NCBI RefSeq assembly: GCF_009914755.1
Contig: NC_060931.1
Reading direction: 5' to 3' (one strand)
Length of the DNA: 64,000 nt
DNA from: the human T2T-CHM13v2.0 reference genome, Homo sapiens
Shown here: positions 55,775 through 64,000 of the stretch, piece after piece
Layout of the letters: the number at the start of each line of letters is the position of its first letter
How positions within the stretch are numbered: the first letter of the stretch is position 1
Position numbers and translations under genes: made by a program
The notes under the pieces: model-generated
Databases searched by the model: none
What the model was told of the DNA's origin: nothing
What the model saw: only the letters and a program-made list of their open reading frames with translations

Positions 55775-57200
55775 AGAAGCAAAAGGAATAAAAAAATATT
55801 TGCAAACTCTTCATCCAACAAGGGACTAATACCCAGAATCTACAAGGAACTCACCCAGCTCAACAGCAACAAAAATAATCTGATTTAAAAATGGGCAAAT
55901 TTCAGCAGGTCATGGACTAAAAAAATAAAAAATAAGAAAAATGGGCAAACGATCAGAGTAGATGTTTCTCAGAAGAAGACCTACCAGTGGCCAGAAAGTA
56001 TATGAGAAAAGACCCAACATCACTCAGGAAAATGCTAATTTAAAACCATAATGAGATACCACCCCACATCTGCTAGAATGGTTTTTATCAGAAAGGCAGA
56101 AGATCACAGAGGCGGGGAGGTGGAGAAAAGAGAGCCGTGTGCACTCTCGGAGGGAAAAGAGGGCCGTGTGCACTGTCGGAGAGAAAAGAGGGCCGTGTGC
56201 ACTGTCGCAGGGAAAAGAGGGCCGTGTGCACTCTCGGAGGGAAAAGAAGGCCGTGTGCACTGTGGCAGGGAAAAGAGGGCCGTGTGCACCGTCTGAGGGA
56301 AAAGAGGGCCGTGTGCACTGTCGCAGGGAAAAGAGGGCCGTGTGTACTGTCGGAGGGAAAAGAGGGCCGTGTGCAGTGTCGCAGGGAAAAGAGGGCCGTG
56401 TGCAGTGTCGCAGGGAAAAGAGGGCCGTGTGCAGTGTCGGAAGGAAAAGTGGGCAGTGCGCACTGTGGGAGGGAAAAGAGGGCCATGTGCACTGTCGGAG
56501 GGAATGTGAGTGAGGATGCCTGCTATGGAGAGCCCCTGGAGTTTCCTGAAAACACTAAAAATAGAGCCACCTTGGGATCCAGCAGTCCCACTGCTGGGCA
56601 TACGCCCCAAAGAAAGGAAATCCGTATATCGAAGATGTATCTGCACATCTCTATTCATTGCAGCACTACTTACAATGGCCGAGATTTGGAATCAACCTCA
56701 GTGCCCATCAACAGACGAACGGATAAGAAAAATGTGGTGCGTAGGCACAGTGGATACTGTTCAGCCAGAGAAGAAAGGAATCCTGTCATTTCAGCCGCAT
56801 GGATGAGCCTGGAGGAATTGGGGAAATCAGCCAGGTGCAGGAAGACAAACACCCCAGGATCTCACACATCTGTGGGAGCTAAAAAAGCCGAACTCAAGGC
56901 GGTGGTGATGGACTGCTGGTTGCCAGAGTCTGGGGAGGGGGTAAGAGTTAGAGCCAGACGGGAGAATAAGCTCTAGTGTTCCTGGCACTCCACGCAACTG
57001 TGGTTGACAACAATTTATTGTATGTTTTCAGAGAGCTGGAAGAGAGGCTTTGGAATGTTCCCAGCACAAAGAACTGACAAAGGTTTGAGGTGACAGGCAC
57101 GTGAACCGCCCTGATCTGACTATCCCACATCATACACGGGCGTCGAAACACCACCCTGTATTCCAGAAACAGGTGCAATTATTGTGTGCCAATTAAAAAA
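55775..57200 (+). mobile_element. L1MA-type 3' portion (end of ORF2, 3' UTR, poly-A) containing an internal VNTR
   Basis: ATATTTGCAAACT..CAAGGGACTAATACCCAGAAT..ATGAGATACCACC..CTAAAAATAGAGC..GATCCAGCAGTCCCACTGCTGGG..CAATTAAAAAAA. Confidence 0.88.
56125..56501. repeat. 29-bp minisatellite, 13 copies, amplified from L1 sequence
   Basis: Unit GAAAAGAGGGCCGTGTGCACTGTCG(G/C)AGG with an exact 29-bp period from 56125 to 56473. The flanks resume L1 sequence (GTGGA|GAAAAG... ...GG|GAATGTGAG). Confidence 0.97.
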
Positions 57201-57749
57201 AGGAGAGCGAGAAGAGAGAGAGGGCGAGCTGGGCCGTGGAAGTGGAATCAGACTCGGAGCTGATGAGGCCAGCGTTTCCTCCTGTCTCCTTTGATGCTGA
57301 GGCCTGACGTCACTCCCGTGCCATTCCCAGCCTTCCTTCAGAGTCCCTGCGAGCCCTCAGGAGCTGCGTGGTGGGGTTGACGATGGCCACATCCCGGGCA
57401 CCTCTGGCTGCTGCAGGCCTCCCAAGACCGCTTCACACTTCTGTGCCGACCAGGCCACCAGCCAGCGTTGCCTCTTGCAGACCACTCGGCCGCTAGTGGG
57501 GTGCGCACAGCAGCAGGCTTTCTGTACCCAGAGAGGCGGCAGCAGGAGAGCCACAGAGAGCACGGGAGCTTCTCCACCTCGCCTGGCCCCTCACGTGCGG
57601 AGCACGTCCCCTCCAGACTGAAGGGCGCACATCTTGGGCTGCAGGACAGACGCCCCCAGGGCTGAGCTGTGTGGTGCAGGCCAAACGCTCCCGGCTCCCC
57701 TGAGCACTGGCCTTGGAGGTGACCACAGAGAAATGACCTGATGGCCAGA

Positions 57750-58010
57750 AAACCCACCGTGATATTTACCAACTGCACTCAATTTAAAAAAGCAAATCCC
57801 TAAACCATCACGTGTGCCTAATAAATGGAGCGACATAAATGGCTAAGACCAGTTTCTAAACAAATGCCTTTACAAAATGAAACCCAGCCATTGTTTAGGA
57901 ACAAAGGTATAATCAGATCCTCATTTTCTATTCCAATAAAGTCTTTGAATTAATGTCTATTCCGCTCATTATGAGGGTTTTTTCTTCGTGCTCTCCCTGA
58001 TTACTAACGC
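57750..58010. promoter_or_regulatory. Candidate enhancer / conserved non-coding island
   Basis: Repeat-free AT-rich island with a SOX pair (CATTGTT 57889, AACAAAG 57900) and TAATAAA/CATAAA/CAATAAA and GAATTAATG homeobox-like sites. Motif evidence only. Confidence 0.3.
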
Positions 58011-58908
58011 ACAAGACACAGGCTCCGTCTAACGTGGCTGGTGCTTCCCCAGGGGGTGCCCTGGGCTGGCTTCGTGCGTGAGGGGAGCAGCCAGAGGGGG
58101 AGGAACCCAGCAGAGACGGAGACAGTGGGGAGCGGAGTGGAGAGAGGCAGTGGGCGTGCAGGTCTGCTTTTAAAAAGTATTCAGTTAATTTTGTAGAAAA
58201 AGAATAAAACTTCCGGGAGCTGCCCTATTAGTTTACACAGCCCAGTAACATATATTCACAGCATCCATTTCAGTCCGAGGTCTCAGCAGGAAAGACCCCA
58301 CACCTACGCAATGGTGGACATGCTGGTCTCTGCAGAGTCTGAGGACCAATGCTCTGACCTGCCGCATTCACTTTAGATGCTTTCCAGCCACCCAGCAGCA
58401 CGGTGCTCGGGGCCACCACACCCAGCTGCCCCGAAGCAATGTGTGCAGGACCCCGGCCACGGAGGCAGACAGGCTTCGGACAGCCCACTCACCCACCGGC
58501 AGGGCTGCGGGGGCTCCCAGGTCGGGAGTGTGACCGTGGGCTTTCAGAGGAGGATGGAAAATTCCGTACTCGCACCGATTCCACCCGAGAGCAGGTGTGC
58601 GGTGTCGGGAAGTGATTCCTTCCCAAGGTAGTCTGCAGCTGGTGGTGCGGGCAGTGGGGCTGGAAGAGTGACAGGAGAGGCGAGTATGGCCCCAAAGGGG
58701 CCAGATTCAGGGTTAGGCCCCGGAACCTCACACATGAGGGCTCAGAACACCCACGAGAGGTGGGAATCTTTAATGAGACTTCATCTACCCACAAGGCGTG
58801 TGGGCCTCTGTGCATGTCTGTGCATTTCCAGGGAATTCCAATAAACCCCATTCCAAGACCCTGAGAAAAACAGATTTATGGTCTCATTATTAAGTTGGTG
58901 CATTTCTT

Positions 58909-59269
58909 TTTTTGTGTTTTTGTTTTGAGGCAGGGCCTTGCTCCCCAGCCTGGAGGGCAGTGGCACCATCTCAGCTCACTGCAGCCTCAAACTCCCTCCC
59001 AGGCTCAAGCAATCTTCCCATCTCAGCACCACCTGCCACCTCAAACTCCCTCCCAGGCTCAAACAATCTTCCCATCTCAGCACCACCTGCCACCCAGTAG
59101 CTGGGACTACAGGTGTGCGCCACCATGCCTGGCTAACTTTTGTATTATTATTATTCTATTTTTTTGTAGAGACAGGGTTTCACCATGTTGCCCAAGATGA
59201 TTTTGAACTCCTGGGCTCAAGTGATCCTCCCTCCTCAGCCTCCCAAAGTGTGAGCCGCTGTGTCTGGCC
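58909..59269 (-). mobile_element. AluJ with an internal 54-bp tandem duplication and 13-bp TSD
   Basis: TSD TGGTGCATTTCTT at 58896-58908 and 59270-59282. Duplicated segment 58985-59038 / 59039-59092. Confidence 0.93.
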
Positions 59270-60705
59270 TGGTGCATTTCTTATGCACAGAATTACAATA
59301 CACAGATCTTTCGTTTTCTTTTTGTAAGATCACGTCTCACCAAATTAAAAAAAATCAGTCTTAAGCAACAACTTTGTAAAAATCATCACTGAATCACTTG
59401 CTGAGCAGCCCCATTATGTTGAAACAGTGAATGGTTAAGAGCCCCTAACACGAGCCCCAGGCCCCGCTGACATGTGGGAGGGAGGAGACCATCATCTTGG
59501 CACCTTGCGGAGTGTCCCGCTGTGAACTCAGGGCGCCAGCCTGCCCTGCCTGTGATACGTCCACACAAGCCGCATGGCCAAGGTTTGCAGCACAGGGCCT
59601 GCACACTGTAAAGTGGGGTGACAAGGTTGTGCCCTCCCCACTCCTTGGTTAGCCCATTGCCTCCTGGGTGTCTGCGTTTTCTCATCCTGAAGCCCCTCGA
59701 GGCACCTCTGCGTCTGTGGCCTCCCAGTCAAGGCCATGCTAGAAATCCAAGTGTAGAGCCGTGTCGGTGGAAGAAAGCCCCCCTTGTGGCTGGGGTCTCG
59801 ACACTGTCTCAATGCCCTCTCGACCGGGGACAGGGTGCACGTCCCAGGCCACATGCAGCAGTCAGGAAGGAAGCCTGGTCTGGGTAATAGAAATTGCCGA
59901 CAAGTCTCCTCCGCCCACTTGGAACTGGAGCTGGACATGCGGACTGATGCTGAAATAAGAGCTGTCCCTGGCTAGGACCCACTGTGGAGAGGGGCACAGG
60001 AGGCCCACAGAGCCCACTTGGGCTGTGAGAGGGACTCCTAAAGGGCCTCGTCACCGACGGCCCTCCTCTTTTGGTGCCCACTCCTGCCCTCTGTATGTCC
60101 CCAACCTCTCTTGCATATTTTTGTTTTATGAGTGGGTTTCTCAGACCTGTCTTCCATTTCACTGAGTTTCCAGACCTAGCCAATCTTCCATTTTACACAG
60201 ACATTGAGTTTTTATGGTCAGCTTGTATCATGTGAACACATATCCTCTAACTTTAAAATAATTGTTCCTTTTCGGTTTCATTTCTAGAAGTTTTGTTTGG
60301 TTCAAGTCTAGTTGTTCTCTTTTTAAATGCAGCTATTCTTTTTATATACCATTTAAAATGGTAAAACTGGTTTTATCACCTTTTTCACACTGGACGACTG
60401 TCCCTGACAGAGTCCATCCCCGTGGGCTTTGTGATTGTTTATTAGGAGCTCATCTTCAGGGGGCGTCTTTTCTGGGGGTTGCAGAAGGGCACTGAGCGGT
60501 TTTGCCTTTACTTATCTTGGGGACCCAAGGGTTTCACGGGGCTTGGATCAGTTTCAACCTTGATATTTCATCTTGGCTTTCCTGGGCCACGTGGGGAGGG
60601 TAAGCTAGACGCCACACCCTCCTGTGGTATGTAGGACTTATTTTTTCCTGTACGGTGGGATGGGGCTGTCCTCCAAACTCTGCCCTTTGTCACAGGGTCC
60701 TGAGA

Positions 60706-61545
60706 CAGAGTGTGTGGCAGCCGGCTCGGACCGACTTGCAGGGCAGGTTGTTAAGTTTGTAGGAGTCTTGTAGGCAGCTTGTCAAATACAGCCATTATTA
60801 AAAATTTAATTATATTAACTGACAAATTATATTAAAACACAGATAATAAACATGATGTTTTTTGTTTACACTTGTCATCATCCCTAGTGGTTGTATATCC
60901 TCTGGTTATTTCCAGCTCTTGAGCCTGTGCGGTGGAAGTGCTAACGGCAGGCTGCCGGCTGCCTGTCCCATCGCGCCGAAATCATTCACAGTGGGCGCGT
61001 TGACACCACAGAAGTCGGCAACCACGACAGACGGGGGCGTTGCTTTTGCTTTGCTGATTGTCTAGACTTTAATAAGTGATGAAGAAGACATTCCTAATGC
61101 TGATTAAACTTAAGCCTATGGTGTCTGTAGCCCTTCCATTGTGAACAGCATGAGGAAATAGAGACCATCTTCCCTCAGGATTTGGCAACTATCATCCCAT
61201 TTGGCAAAAAAAGTGCTCAGGCCATTCATGAGTGACGTGGAATAAGTTCTGACGTATTCTGTTTTCTCTTCTTGCCTGTTCAGGTAAGTGATGTTAACCA
61301 ACACCACGTCGGAACAACACTCGTTCCCCGATTGCAATCATACGTTGGATACAGATGCAAGAGCTCCATGAAAATCGGAGCGAGCATTCTGTGAGAACCC
61401 GTGGGCTACAGGAAATTGAAAATAGAGCACCGTGTGTGCTGTTATTTGTAAGCTGTGTGCTACATATCGTCTATCTGTAAATCGCACAATCTCTGTGAGT
61501 CTGCTGTTTGGGGGAGCTGGTTGTTAAACATTCCCCGAAGCCATT
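60706..61545 (+). mobile_element. MER63-family (hAT-Blackjack) DNA transposon
   Basis: AGCCGGCTCGGACCG..GTTAAG..ACAGCCATTATTAAAAATT..ACACCACAGAAG..GAGCTGGTTGTTAAACATT matches the recalled MER63C/D consensus. Confidence 0.7.
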
Positions 61546-62086
61546 TATGCAGATGCCAAGTGGACATGTTTAGCACCCGGTCACCTGCCCTTGTAGGGCT
61601 CAGTCCTGACCACCCTTCCCACACTGACCTCCAGCTCCCTCTTTGGAATAAGACCTTGAGGAGTTCTCTTTCTTTAGAGCTTGGCTACACATTTTAAAAG
61701 TTACTTTAGTACATTCTGTCCAGCATTTCTAAATAATCGTATCAGGAGTGGAATATTTACACGGCATTTCAGCCTGCCCTATTGTCCTCGGACCTAAATT
61801 CTGAAATGCATTCATCATGAGAAGCTTCCATATTGTCACACATCCTCACATAAGATGTTCGGTGGCCGGGTCTCAGCAACCTCTCACGACACAGGGAAAG
61901 CAGAAGCTTCCCGGAGGTGTAGGCAGGGTTCCGACATGGCTCACACTCAAGAAGGAAAGCCTGAGAAACTGCACCCACAGGAGCGAAGCTGAGAGTCAAT
62001 CCACTGAGACTGAGAATTGGGCTTCTTAAGAAAGGAACACCAGCATGTTGGTGGACACTGACAAAGACCCTTCGCTTGGCCCGACT

Positions 62087-63950
62087 TTATTTATATTTTA
62101 AAGAATCTTTTAACTTTTATTTTAGGATCAGAGGTATATGTACTGGTTTGTTATATAGGTAAACTCTTGACTCGGGGGTTTGGTATACAGATGATTTCGT
62201 CCCCTGGGTACTAAGCATAGTACCCTACAGTTTCTTTTTGTTTTTTGTTTTGCCCTGGGCCTCTCCTCCCACCCTGCACCCTCAAGTAGGCCCCAGTGTC
62301 TGATGCTCCGCTCTTTCTGTCCACGTGTTCTCATTATTTAGCTCCCACTTATAAGTGAGAACATGTGGTATTTGGTTTTTTGTTCCTGTATTAGTTTGCT
62401 AAAGATAATGGCCTCCAGTTCTATCCATATTCCTGCAAAGGACATGACTTCATTCTTTTGTATGGCCGCACCGTATTCCATGGTGTATATGTACACATTT
62501 TCTTCATTCAGTCTACGGTCAATGGGCCTTTAGGTCTCTGCTGCTGTGAATAGTTCTGTAATGAACATATGTGTGCATGTGTCTTTATGGTTGAACAATT
62601 TTTATTCTTTTGGGTATTTACCAGTAGTGGGATTGCTGGGTCAAATGGTAGTTCTGTTTTTAGGTCTTTGAGGAATCTCCACATTGCTTTCTACAATGGT
62701 TGAACCTAATTTACACTCCTACCAGCAATGTGTAAGTGTTGCCTTTTCTCTACAGCCTCGCCAGCATCTGTTGTTTTTTGAGTTTTTAATAATAACCATT
62801 CTGACTGGTGTGAGATGGTGTCTTATTGTGGTCTTGATTTGCATTTCTCCGATTAGTGATATTGAACATTTTTTCATATGCCTGTGGGCCACATGTATGT
62901 CTCCTTTTGAAAAGTGTCTGTTCATGCCTTTTGCCCACTTTTTAATGGAGTTATTTTTTGCTTGTATGTTTGTTTAAGAGCCTTGTAGATTCTGGATATT
63001 AGACCTTTGTCAGATGTATATTTTGTAAATATTTTCTCCCCTTCCGTAGGTTGTCTGTTTACTCTGTTGATGGTTTCTTTTGCTGTGCAGAAGCTCTTTA
63101 GTTTAATTAGGTCCCATTTGTCAGTTTTTGCCTTTGTTGCAATTGCTTTTAGCATTTTTGTCATGAAATCTTTGCCAGTTTCTATGTTCAAAATGGTATT
63201 TCCTAGGTTATCTTCCAGGGTTTTTATAATTTTAGGTTTTACATTTAGGTCTTTAATCCATCTCGAGTTAATTTTTGTATGTGGTATAAAGAAGAGGTCA
63301 AGTTTCAATCTTCTGCATGTGGCCAGCCTGCTATCCCAGCACCATTGATTGATTAGGGAGTCCATTTTCTGTTGCTTGTTTTTGTCAGCTTTGTCAAAGA
63401 TGAGATGGCTGTTGGTGTGTGGCTTTATTTCTGGGTTCTCTATTCTGTTCCATTGGGTCTATGTGTCTGTTTTTGCACCAGTACCATGCTGTTTTGGTTA
63501 CTGTAGCCTTGTAGTATAGTTTGACATCTGGCAATGTGATTTCTCCAGTTTTGTTCTTTTTGGTTAGAATTGCCTTGGCTGTTCGGGGTCTTTTTTGGTT
63601 CAATGTGAACTTTAGAATAGTTTTTTCTACTTCTGTGAAGAATGTCATTGGTAGTTTGATAGCAATAGCACTGAATCTGTATCTGTAACTTGCCTTGGGC
63701 AGTATGGCCATTTTAACGATATCGATTCTTCTATCCATGAGCATGGAATGATTTTCCATTTGTTTGTGTCATCTCTGATTTCTTCAAGCAGTGTTTTGTA
63801 ATTCTCATTGTAGAGATCTTTTACCTCTCTGGTTAGCTGTATTCCTAGATATTTTATTCTTTTTGTGGCAATTGTGAATGGGATTGCATTCTTGATTTGG
63901 CTCATGGCTTGGGTGCTGTTAGTGTATAGAAATGCTACTGATTTTTTGCC
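62087..63950 (-). mobile_element. L1PA15/16- or L1PB-type LINE-1 3' portion
   Basis: Antisense 3' UTR (TTTAGCTCCCACTTATAAGTGAGAACATG) and ORF2 peptides ([41 protein letters not shown]). Confidence 0.93.
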
Positions 63951-64000
63951 TTTTATTTATCTTGCCTGATTGCTCTGCTGGCCCAAATTTAGTTAAGCTC

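Overview
This is primate genomic DNA, most likely human or great ape, judged by Alu J/S elements and an L1PA2-type 3' fragment. It has the character of a GC-rich, distal or subtelomeric non-coding region. I cannot support any protein-coding gene or structural RNA gene. The long ORFs in the six-frame track come from stop-poor tandem repeats, low-complexity tracts, Alus, or broken L1 ORF2. The window holds about 15 Alus (mostly on the minus strand, many with visible target-site duplications, TSDs) and several L1 relics, including a 3.15-kb 5'-truncated L1PA4/5 with a dead RT motif. It also contains MaLR/ERV LTRs, DNA-transposon fossils (Tigger4, MER63, MER5) and an unusually dense series of tandem repeats, from 2-copy 35-54-bp duplications up to 10-22-copy minisatellites. 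The most interesting observation is that three separate minisatellites each multiply a canonical inducible transcription-factor site. A 29-bp array born inside an L1 carries 8 perfect copies of the metal-response element TGCACACGGCCC (MTF-1). A 49-bp array carries 9 TACGTG hypoxia-response cores plus TGACG half-CREs. Another 29-bp array carries 6 GGGGTTTTCCC kappaB sites. AT-rich, repeat-free islands rich in SOX/POU/homeobox motifs (about 16.6-17.6 kb and 57.75-58.0 kb) look like candidate developmental enhancers. Repeat subfamily names come from recalled consensus sequences and need RepeatMasker/Dfam confirmation. All functional claims are inference.
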